A DNA stretch of 60,591 nt, from the NCBI GenBank assembly GCA_964527875.1, contig CAZGOR010000001.1, positions 1 through 60,591 on the forward strand. Direction: 5' to 3'. Under the pieces are notes generated by a model that was not told the DNA's origin, searched no databases, and saw only the letters and a list, made by a program, of their open reading frames with translations. Source of the stretch: an uncultured Bacteroides sp. Lineage in GTDB: Bacteria; Bacteroidota; Bacteroidia; Bacteroidales; SM23-62. How positions within the stretch are numbered: the stretch's first letter is position 1; each line of letters starts with the position of its first letter. Position numbers and translations under genes: made by a program. Below are positions 19,105 through 27,260 of this stretch, piece by piece.

Positions 19105-19259
19105 GAGGCTGTCTAAAAAGTCTATTAAAACATTTAACCACAGAGGAAACAGAGATTAAACAGAGTTCACAGAGGTTTGATATTAAGAAAGTTACTTCTC
19201 TGCGGACTCTGTGAAAACTCTGTGGACTCTGTGGTTTATCCTACTTTTTAGACAGCCTC
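19105..19259. repeat. 155-bp palindromic element with perfect 17-bp termini and internal CACAGAG repeats
   Basis: gaggctgtctaaaaagt (19105-19121) is the exact reverse complement of actttttagacagcctc (19243-19259). The arms carry aaccacagag / cagagttcacagag versus ctctgtgaaaactctgtggactctgtggtt. Confidence 0.85.
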
Positions 19260-19536
19260 TTATTCATAATTTGATCCTTTTGGGGTCTCCCGTTTCAAAT
19301 CCACCTTGTCAATAACCAATCACCGGTGTACTTGGAACCATTAATACCCAAATCCTATATTTCACTCTAACCAACAACCATGAACCAGCAACCATTTACC
19401 CCGGTTAACAACCGGGTTTACTAACCGATTCACACCTGGTGGATATGGTTGCCGATTGACAATCAGCAGAACTTTCACACCTTCTCACCTTTACACTTTC
19501 ACATTTTTTCTTTCTCAGCCTTTGCCTTAGCCTTCT

Positions 19537-19959
19537 TCACCCTCCAACCTGTAACTTGCAACTTTCAATAACTACGTTCCCCATTTTCCCGCCACCGATA
19601 TAATTCCCGTAAATGTAAAAGTTGTACCTGACATATATTCCGCTGATTTTTGTGCCACTTGCACCGATGGATGCATTCTGGGTTCTGAGGGTTATATCAT
19701 CCACCAAAGTATTGGCACCATATGGATTATTATAACCCGCACCATAAAGAACAAGCTGCTTATTTATGGATATATCTCCGTAATACGTTGATGATCCTGC
19801 GACCAGAATTATATCTCCTGCCGATGTATCATTAATTGCAGTCGGCAAGTTTGAATATTGAGACGAAATAGCCGGATTATTGCTGATCGTGATCATTGTT
19901 GCCTGAACAGCAATCGTAAGATTAAATAAAACAGTAAAAAGAGTAATGATTTTTTCAGC
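19537..19959 (-). pseudogene. remnant of a secreted beta-helix-type protein gene (both ends truncated)
   Basis: In frame upstream of MITISNNP the reading is *YCLAEKIITLFTVLFNLTIAVQAT. This looks like a signal peptide that has lost its start codon. The ORF stops after only about 140 codons of a repeat-type (GxxYYGDISI...) domain and has no C-terminal sorting domain. Confidence 0.45.
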
Positions 19960-19961
19960 CA

Positions 19962-20583
19962 GACAATATTACCCGTCGTTCCAGGAGCTTGGTAAGACAT
20001 CGTAAAAATATGATTCAAAGTCAGAGAAGCCACGTGGACCGCTTGGAAAAAACCATGGAATTGATGAATATTAAATTGCACACAGTTATCAGTGATATTT
20101 TAGGCAAATCAGGAATGTCCATACTTGATGCTATCATCTACAAAATTGAACTTGATACTCATGTCATATCCTCTCAGCCAGCTCCGCGGATCCAAGAATA
20201 AAAGCGAACAGGGGAACAATCATTAAATCTCTTGAAGCTGATTTGAGAGAAGAACATTTATTTGAACTACAACAATATCATGAACTGTACCATATATATC
20301 AACAAAAGATAAAGTAGCTTGATACTGAGATAGAACGGGTACTGCTCGATATTTTAGAAAATGATATGGTAGAGCAAACAGACATGAAAGGAATGGCTAA
20401 AAAGACACGTAATTTAATAAGAGAAAGAGTATTCATTTGATGTCTATTATCTACTATGTGTTAAATGTTAAAAAAAGAAGTTTTTAATCCGCAGGCTTTG
20501 AATGAATACCAGCGATGCTATAAAGAGAAGAAAATCAGGTGATTAGGAAACCAATTGGCAAAATTGGGAACTGCTTCATAATA
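19962..20583 (+). mobile_element. decayed IS110-family transposase gene remnant (N-terminal half missing, frameshift, stops, internal deletion)
   Basis: Translated pieces: LVRHRKNMIQSQRSHVDRLEKTMELMNIKLHTVISDILGKSGMSILDAII; then in another frame RIKANRGTIIKSLEADLREEHLFELQQYHELYHIYQQKIK*LDTEIERVLL; then EYQRCYKEKKIR*LGNQLAKLG. These resemble the middle and C-terminal regions of IS110-type transposases (recognised from memory). Confidence 0.6.
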
Positions 20584-20924
20584 AGAAAGAGTTATATGAG
20601 AGAGTCAGGATGAAGCTCAAAGGATATAAGGAGTAACTATTGAAATCTTGGTAGGGTAACAGTTCCAAAGTAGATAATCTTAGATTGAGTAATTCTATAT
20701 GAAACTAAAACTTATACTATAACCAAGAAAGTACATTATTATTTAACGTTTCATACTAACCTTGGTTTTTATTTGATAATTAGTTTTTTAAGAAAAAATA
20801 TTTTGTTAATTTCATTAATTGTATTATATTCAAATTTACTATCTCAAAACCGGAATAAATTTTAATCTGGATTTCTGTTCAGTTCATTTTCATCTCATTT
20901 TTTAGTGATTTTTTACTTGTTTAC

Positions 20925-21764
20925 ATGAAGAGGATTTGCTTTTTATGTTGCTTTGTTATCTTGTTGATATTCCCTGGAATACTTTACGGCCAGACAAAGA
21001 TCAGTGTAACCAAACCCCACCTTAAAGCCTCTAATGAAAACCTGATCATCGAGTATGATATTTTGAATACAGAGCCATCCGATTTTTTTATGGTCTGGAT
21101 TGAAGTTACCGATGCTTCAGGGAATAAAATTAATGCAGTATCTGTATCCGGGGATGTGGGTCAGGATATTAAGGGAGGAAATAACAAAAGAATTATCTGG
21201 AACCTGGGTAAAGATAACATATATATCGATGAGGAAATATTTGTTGAGGTTAAAGCTGAAAAGATAACAGTGCATGAAAAAATAGCTGATACTAAAACAT
21301 CAGAAGAAACAAAGATTGTAAAGAAAGATGAAAGCAGCATGGAAAGGAAAACAATTTCAAAGGGTAACATGATCGTATCTTCAGTTGTTTTTCCAGGCTG
21401 GGGACAATCAAAAGCAAAGAAAGGCAAACCTTACTGGCTACTCGGCGTTGCCGGATACGGATGCCTGGCAGGATCAGTATATTTAAACCGTCAGGCTTCA
21501 TCTGCATATCACGATTATAAATTATCAATGGATATAAACGAGTTTAATTCCCTGTATGATAAAGCCGTTCAATGTGATAAGTTTTCAAAATACATGGCAT
21601 ATTCGGGAATTGGGATCTGGGTGGCAGATTTGATATGGGTACTGGCAACGCCAGTCAAATCTCCGAATTCGGTTCTCTACCAAAATGATAAAAAACTTAA
21701 AATCATGCCGTATTTTGATACCCGGTCAAATATTACAATGGTCTCACTAACCTATAAATTTTAA
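20925..21764 (+). CDS. hypothetical membrane-associated protein (signal peptide, Ig-like N-domain, DUF5683-like PGWGQ segment)
   Basis: 279 aa. Signal peptide MKRICFLCCFVILLIFPGILYGQ, a beta-rich N-domain, a charged linker, then VFPGWGQSKAKKGKPYWLLGVAGYGCLAG and a second hydrophobic helix. Confidence 0.55.
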   Translation: MKRICFLCCFVILLIFPGILYGQTKISVTKPHLKASNENLIIEYDILNTEPSDFFMVWIEVTDASGNKINAVSVSGDVGQDIKGGNNKRIIWNLGKDNIYIDEEIFVEVKAEKITVHEKIADTKTSEETKIVKKDESSMERKTISKGNMIVSSVVFPGWGQSKAKKGKPYWLLGVAGYGCLAGSVYLNRQASSAYHDYKLSMDINEFNSLYDKAVQCDKFSKYMAYSGIGIWVADLIWVLATPVKSPNSVLYQNDKKLKIMPYFDTRSNITMVSLTYKF

Positions 21765-21908
21765 ACATTTTATTAAATAATCATTATGATTCGCACCTGA
21801 ATAAGTTTAATGAGATTATTAAACATAAACAATACAAGAATTATCATAAGGATAAAAGAAAGTACAAATCCATAGGATGAACCATATGATTGGGTAAACA
21901 TTAATAAT

Positions 21909-23042
21909 ATGATAAGAAGAATATGTTTCCTAATATTAACAGCGATTTTATATAACATGAACGGAAATCCACAGGTTATCACCAGTGAGAAATCTTCCAT
22001 TCATATTAGAACCAAAAAAGATGTTAAGCCTGCAGATGAGGCACCCCCTGTAATTATAATTATGTCACCAGATTTTAAAACCGGGGAATCTGTTGTGTCC
22101 CAAGAAGGGAATATCACTGTCATAGGCCAGGTTACTGATGAAAGTGAGATTAAAACGCTTATTGTAAATGGTATTTCAACTGGACTGGCCAAAGACAATA
22201 CTTTCATCTCGAAAATATCTTTGAATAAGGGAAGTAATGAAATATCGGTCATTGCAATCGACCAGTATGGCAACCTCCAGGAAATTATACTGAATATCAG
22301 GTACTTTCCTGAGATTGTATTCAGAACACTTAATGGTAAAGGAAGTTATTACGCTTTACTTATTGGAATAGATAAGTATGCCGATCCTGCCTTACCAGAT
22401 CTTTATAATCCCATCAATGATGCTTCCAGGCTTCAGGAAATTCTCGTTTCAAAATACACCTTCCGTGAAGACCAGGTGACATTATTGAAAAATCCAAAAC
22501 GTGAGGAAATAATTATTGCCCTGGATGAACTGGCGCATAAAATAACGCATGATGACAATCTTCTGATATTTTATGCCGGTCATGGCTGGTGGGATGAAAA
22601 GGCAAATATAGGATACTGGTTACCCTCTGATGCAAAAAAGATCAATAAAGCTGATTGGTTCAGGAATAGCACTTTATGTGATTATTTAAAAGAAATCAGC
22701 TCCAAACATACCCTGTTAATAGCTGATGCATGTTTTGGAGGTTCAATATTCAAGACCAGGACTGTTTTTTTAGATTCCCCGAAAGCGATTAACATGCTTT
22801 ATGAACTGCCAAGCCGTAAAGCAATGACAAGTGGGACTTTAACGGAAGTCCCTGACAGGAGTGCATTCACTAAATACCTTCTTGAGAGGCTTTCTGAGAA
22901 TACTAAAAAATATTTAACATCAGAACAACTGTTCAGCAGTTTCAGGATGGCTGTGATAAATAACAGCGATGTGGTGCCCCAGTATGGAGAAATATATAAT
23001 GTTGGGGATGAGGGGGGAGATTTTATTTTCATCAGGAAATAA
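21909..23042 (+). CDS. secreted caspase-like peptidase (Peptidase C14 family) with N-terminal Ig-like domain
   Basis: 377 aa. Signal peptide, and a caspase p20-like core beginning YALLIGIDKY. The catalytic dyad context is intact: FYAGHG (His225) and IADACFGGS (Cys275). Confidence 0.85.
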   Translation: MIRRICFLILTAILYNMNGNPQVITSEKSSIHIRTKKDVKPADEAPPVIIIMSPDFKTGESVVSQEGNITVIGQVTDESEIKTLIVNGISTGLAKDNTFISKISLNKGSNEISVIAIDQYGNLQEIILNIRYFPEIVFRTLNGKGSYYALLIGIDKYADPALPDLYNPINDASRLQEILVSKYTFREDQVTLLKNPKREEIIIALDELAHKITHDDNLLIFYAGHGWWDEKANIGYWLPSDAKKINKADWFRNSTLCDYLKEISSKHTLLIADACFGGSIFKTRTVFLDSPKAINMLYELPSRKAMTSGTLTEVPDRSAFTKYLLERLSENTKKYLTSEQLFSSFRMAVINNSDVVPQYGEIYNVGDEGGDFIFIRK

Positions 23043-25853
23043 ATGAACACCAGATTAATAAAGCATTTTATGTTTATAAATTCCAGGAAGATAATCTGTC
23101 AACTTGATTTGATTACAGGAAGTTTTTTAATTTTTCTTGTTCTTTTCATATTTTCCTGTGAAAAACTGGAACTCAAAAGGGTGATAAAAGTTTCAACAGG
23201 ATCAATAACAGACACAACAAGAACTTCTTGTATTGCTCAGGGTACTATTATTGAAACAGGGGAAGAAGGTATTGCACAGCACGGACATTGCTGGTCGACA
23301 AAAACAAATCCCTCAATAAGCGATAGTATAACACAATTAGGTTCAATAAGTTTAACCGGCAATTTTAATAGTAATTTAACATGCTTATCTGCAGATACAA
23401 AATATTATGTAAGGGCTTATGCGCTCGATATTGAAGGAAAGCCTTCTTATGGGAATGAGGTTAGTTTCACCACTTTGCCTGCAGTTATTCCTTCCTTAAC
23501 TACTTCATCAGTCAGCAACATCACTGCTGACTCAGCTACCTGCGGAGGGAATATAACTGATGATGGAGATGCCTCCGTTACAGCCCATGGCGTATGCTGG
23601 AGCACCAGCCAGAATCCAACTGTGGCTGATAGCCATACCAATGATGGTAGTGGTACTGGCAGCTTTACCAGCAATCTTTTTGGCCTGTCATCAAATACAA
23701 CTTATTATGTAAGAGCTTATGCAACCAATAGTGCTGGTACGGCATACGGAAATGAGCTTAATTTTAAAACCAGTTCGGGACTTCCCAGCCTTACAACTAC
23801 AATAGTAACTTCAATTACAGCTACCACTGCCAGCAGTGGAGGTAACATAACCAACAACGGTGGCACCTCCATTATAGCCCGTGGCGTGTGTTGGAGTACC
23901 AGCCAAAACCCGACTGTTGCTCATAACCATACTGATGATGGCACCGGTGCGGGTAGTTTCACTAGCAGTATTACTGGTTTAACATCAAATACAACTTATT
24001 ATGTAAGAGCTTATGCAACCAATAGTGCCGGTACGGCTTATGGAGATGAGCTAAGTTTTAAAACCAATCCGGGACTTCCAAGCCTCACAACCTCAGCAGT
24101 AACTTCAATAACTGCTACAACTGCAATTAGTGAAGGTAACATAACCAATGATGGAGGTGCTGCAATTACAGTCCGTGGTGTATGCTGGAGTACAACAACC
24201 AACCCGACTATAGCAAATAGTAAAACTACCGAAGGTACAGGTATGGGCAGCTTTGTCAGCAATCTTACCGGCTTAACGTCGAATACAACTTATTATGTAA
24301 GGGCATATGCAACGAATAGTGCAGGTACGGCTTACGGGAATGAGGTTAGTTTTAAAACCAGTGCAGTAGTTCCAAGTCTTACTACAACAGAAATTACTTC
24401 CATTACAGCTACTACTGCCAGCAGTGGAGGTAACATTACCAACGATGGAGGTGCATCCGTTACAGCCCGTGGCGTGTGCTGGAGTACAAGCCAGAACCCG
24501 ACTGTTGCTGATAGTCATACCGATGATGGTAATGGTACAGGCAGCTTTACCAGTATCCTTACCGGTTTGTCATCGAATACAACTTATTATGTAAGGGCTT
24601 ATGCAACCAATAGTGCAGGTACGGCTTATGGGAATGAGCTTAGCTTCAAAACAAGTGCAGGAATTCCCAGCCTCATTACTGAATACGTTACGTCAATAAC
24701 AGCTAATACTGCCATAAGCGGAGGTAACATAACCAACGACGGAGGAGCAACAATTGAAGCCTGCGGAGTGTGTTGGAGTACTTCACAAAGCCCTACTCTT
24801 TCAGATAATCATACATCAGATGTCAGTGAAAACGGTAATTTTACCAGCAATATTACAGGTTTATCTACCGGGACTACATACTATGTAAGAGCTTATGCAA
24901 CAAACAGTGCAGGAACAGCTTATGGAAACGAAATTAACTTTACAACTGCCCCGCCAGTACCAACAAATATAAGCGCCACTCCTGGAGACAAGGAGGTAAC
25001 AATTAAGTGGAATGCTGTATCAGAGGCCACCAGCTATAATATTTACTGGTCTATAAATCCGGGAGTGTCAAAAACTAATTTTGAAGGGAAGTTCATAGAC
25101 ATTACCACTACATCTTACTCGCATACAGGACTAACGAGTGGCACAACCTATTACTATGTGGTGACAGCAAAAAATAACTATGGGGAGAGTAATGAGTCGA
25201 GCGAGGCAAAGGCAACACCACCGTTGCTTTTACAAACCAATACTATATCTCATGATGAGGAGAAACATTTTTATGAAGTATCTGTTTCGAGCGGACAGAG
25301 TTTATTTGTAAACATAAATGTTGCTAGTAGTCAATTCGAGTTTTATCTCTATGGTAAATATGGTTCCTTACCGACAACTACCGATTACGATGCCAAATCC
25401 GAAACAGGAGAAGATGGGGCAATAAGCATTACAAATACTCAATCAGGAACTTATTACATCATGGTATATGCTTCTTATTATTATTCTGCCTATTCCGGCG
25501 ACTATACTATTACTGCTTCTACCGCCGTTACTGCATTGACTTTTGGAACATCCACTGGAGGGATTATATCTCATGATGGGGAGAAACATTTTTATGAAGT
25601 ATCTGTTTCGAGCGGACAGAGTTTATGTGTGAATATAAATATTGCTAGTAGTCAATTCGAGTTTTATCTTTATGGTAAATATGGTTCCTTACCGACAACC
25701 ACCGATTACGATGCCAAATCAGAAACAGGAGAAGATGAAGCAATAAGCATTACAAATACTCAATCGGGGACTTATTATATAATGGTATATGCTTCTTATT
25801 ATTATTCTACCTATTCAGGTGATTATACTATTACCGCTTTTACTTCAAAGTAG
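23043..25853 (+). CDS. large repeat-containing surface lipoprotein (six 98-aa GVCWS-type repeats, FN3 domain, two PPC-type C-terminal domains)
   Basis: 936 aa. Lipobox-like LFIFSC. Six repeats carry the motif GVCWST..NPT...TYYVRAYATNSAGTAYG. One fibronectin-III-like unit (KEVTIKWNAV...TYYYVVTAKNNYGES). Two near-identical pre-peptidase-C-terminal-like units. The ATG directly follows the caspase gene's stop (TAAATG). Confidence 0.8.
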   Translation: MNTRLIKHFMFINSRKIICQLDLITGSFLIFLVLFIFSCEKLELKRVIKVSTGSITDTTRTSCIAQGTIIETGEEGIAQHGHCWSTKTNPSISDSITQLGSISLTGNFNSNLTCLSADTKYYVRAYALDIEGKPSYGNEVSFTTLPAVIPSLTTSSVSNITADSATCGGNITDDGDASVTAHGVCWSTSQNPTVADSHTNDGSGTGSFTSNLFGLSSNTTYYVRAYATNSAGTAYGNELNFKTSSGLPSLTTTIVTSITATTASSGGNITNNGGTSIIARGVCWSTSQNPTVAHNHTDDGTGAGSFTSSITGLTSNTTYYVRAYATNSAGTAYGDELSFKTNPGLPSLTTSAVTSITATTAISEGNITNDGGAAITVRGVCWSTTTNPTIANSKTTEGTGMGSFVSNLTGLTSNTTYYVRAYATNSAGTAYGNEVSFKTSAVVPSLTTTEITSITATTASSGGNITNDGGASVTARGVCWSTSQNPTVADSHTDDGNGTGSFTSILTGLSSNTTYYVRAYATNSAGTAYGNELSFKTSAGIPSLITEYVTSITANTAISGGNITNDGGATIEACGVCWSTSQSPTLSDNHTSDVSENGNFTSNITGLSTGTTYYVRAYATNSAGTAYGNEINFTTAPPVPTNISATPGDKEVTIKWNAVSEATSYNIYWSINPGVSKTNFEGKFIDITTTSYSHTGLTSGTTYYYVVTAKNNYGESNESSEAKATPPLLLQTNTISHDEEKHFYEVSVSSGQSLFVNINVASSQFEFYLYGKYGSLPTTTDYDAKSETGEDGAISITNTQSGTYYIMVYASYYYSAYSGDYTITASTAVTALTFGTSTGGIISHDGEKHFYEVSVSSGQSLCVNINIASSQFEFYLYGKYGSLPTTTDYDAKSETGEDEAISITNTQSGTYYIMVYASYYYSTYSGDYTITAFTSK
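23190..24950 (+). repeat. intragenic tandem repeat, six units of about 294 bp (units 2-6 highly similar)
   Basis: acttattatgtaagagcttatgcaaccaatagtgc recurs at 294-bp spacing (about 23700, 23994, 24288, 24582, 24876). Confidence 0.85.
25245..25853 (+). repeat. intragenic near-perfect 321-bp tandem duplication (two PPC-like domains)
   Basis: atatctcatgatg(a/g)ggagaaacatttttatgaagtatctgtttcgagcggacagagtttat occurs at 25245 and 25566 (offset 321). The protein units differ at only a few residues. Confidence 0.85.
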
Positions 25854-25997
25854 GAGATAATAATAAACTCAACCAGTATGCTTCTGAAACAATTGTTTAT
25901 AATAAATACTAATACCGGATTATAACAGGAAAATAAATAAAATCTGGTTTTCATGAATTAAATAAAATGAACTGTGAGATAATTCATTGAAAAGAAT

Positions 25998-26159
25998 TTA
26001 CACTTTTTGTTGTGCTTTCAACCAAGTGTACACAGTATGGTATTTGATCCCGGTTATTATTGCAATTTCTCCAAGGGAGTATTTTATTGTCAGTTTTAAG
26101 ACTGTCTCTTATGTATTTTTGTCATATTTTGAAGAGGTCTGGTTATTTTTTTTGATCAT
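25998..26159 (-). pseudogene. possible decayed small helix-turn-helix gene
   Basis: The minus strand reads MIKKNNQTSSKYDKNT*. In a shifted frame it reads ETVLKLTIKYSLGEIAIITGIKYHTVYTWLKAQQKV*. The second piece looks like an HTH (xxLxEIAxxxGIxxxTVYxWxK) that has lost its start through a frameshift. Confidence 0.3.
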
Positions 26160-26360
26160 TTAGTCCGGATTTATCTTACGATAAACACTGTATGTCATAT
26201 AATGAATTTGGACAAAATGAGTTTAAAAATAAGTTGTGGTTTTCTTCAATTAATAAAATAATAAACAAGCAGGAAATAGAAATACTTATATTTTAATGAT
26301 TCTGCAATTATATTTGACCAACCGGATTGAATATTCCGGAAAAACAATGTAACAAGGGAG

Positions 26361-27008
26361 TTACAGGTACTTGCAATAATGTTCCGGATCAACCAGTTCT
26401 CTGTATTTGCGGATGATGTTTTTAAAATCTTTCCAGCTGTCTGTTTTGAGATTAGGATTTCTCAGCAGGGCTGAAGGATGGTATGTTGGCATCACCAGGC
26501 GGTTAAAGTAATTTTTCCACATGCCCCGGTCACTGGTAATTTTTGCATCAGGGCCAAAGAAAGCCTTCAGGGGTACCGAACCCAGTAAAATGATAATCTT
26601 TGGATCAATGATATCTATTTGTTTTAACAGGTAAGGGATGCAAGCTTTTTGCTCATCTATAACCGGGTTCCTGTTATCAGGTGGCCGGCATTTCAAAATG
26701 TTGCCTATATACAAATGTTTATCTCTATTGAAATTACATGCGTCGAAGATTTTATCAAGCAATTGTCCGGATTTTCCAACAAAGACTTTCCCGATCCTGT
26801 CTTCATCGAAACCCGGAGCTTCCCCGATGATAAATATATCAGCCTCGGGATTGCCGTTTCCAAAAACGACGTTTTTTCTTGTTTGGTATAATCTGCAGCG
26901 GGTGCAGACAAGCACTTCATCTCTTAATTCCGATAGTTTATCCATAATACAAGCTGATTCAATGGATTCCGGGGGCAAAAGCCCCATACGTTGCTGGTTC
27001 TCAGCCAA
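26361..27008 (-). CDS. uracil-DNA glycosylase, family 4
   Basis: 215 aa. CTRCRLYQTRKNVVFGNGNPEADIFIIGEAPGFDEDRIGKVFVGKSGQLL and HPSALLRNP motifs are typical of family 4 UDG. Confidence 0.85.
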   Translation of the reverse strand: MAENQQRMGLLPPESIESACIMDKLSELRDEVLVCTRCRLYQTRKNVVFGNGNPEADIFIIGEAPGFDEDRIGKVFVGKSGQLLDKIFDACNFNRDKHLYIGNILKCRPPDNRNPVIDEQKACIPYLLKQIDIIDPKIIILLGSVPLKAFFGPDAKITSDRGMWKNYFNRLVMPTYHPSALLRNPNLKTDSWKDFKNIIRKYRELVDPEHYCKYL

Positions 27009-27036
27009 CCCAACCTAAAAGCCGGGATTATATTAG

Positions 27037-27122
27037 CCACAAAGGTACAATAAGATTGTCACCCTTACCGAATACTCGGGAAGAAAAGGTTTATGATTAG
27101 AATCTTTTGTGTTCCTTTGTGG
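27037..27122. repeat. imperfect inverted repeat with CCACAAAGG arms
   Basis: ccacaaaggtacaataagatt (27037-27057) pairs with aatcttttgtgttcctttgtgg (27101-27122), with a loop of about 43 nt. It lies between divergent genes. Confidence 0.65.
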
Positions 27123-27260
27123 ATAAGATCGTAGTATTTTTTATTCGATATATTATAATTATTCAAACAATAGTACATTACCAGAATTTATGCCGAACGT
27201 TAAATTTAATATTTTTATAGTTCTTTGTCTTGTTATAAATGCGATATATATAATAAAAAA

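Noticed and set aside
21773-22000. 75-aa minus-strand ORF between the membrane protein gene and the caspase gene
   Set aside because: It overlaps the caspase gene's 5' end on the opposite strand, is hydrophobic and low-complexity from AT-rich DNA, and has no independent support.
23190-24950. Regularly spaced repeats that might be mistaken for a CRISPR-like array
   Set aside because: The units are 294 bp with no unique spacers. They lie entirely in one long open reading frame encoding 98-aa protein repeats. No cas genes are present.
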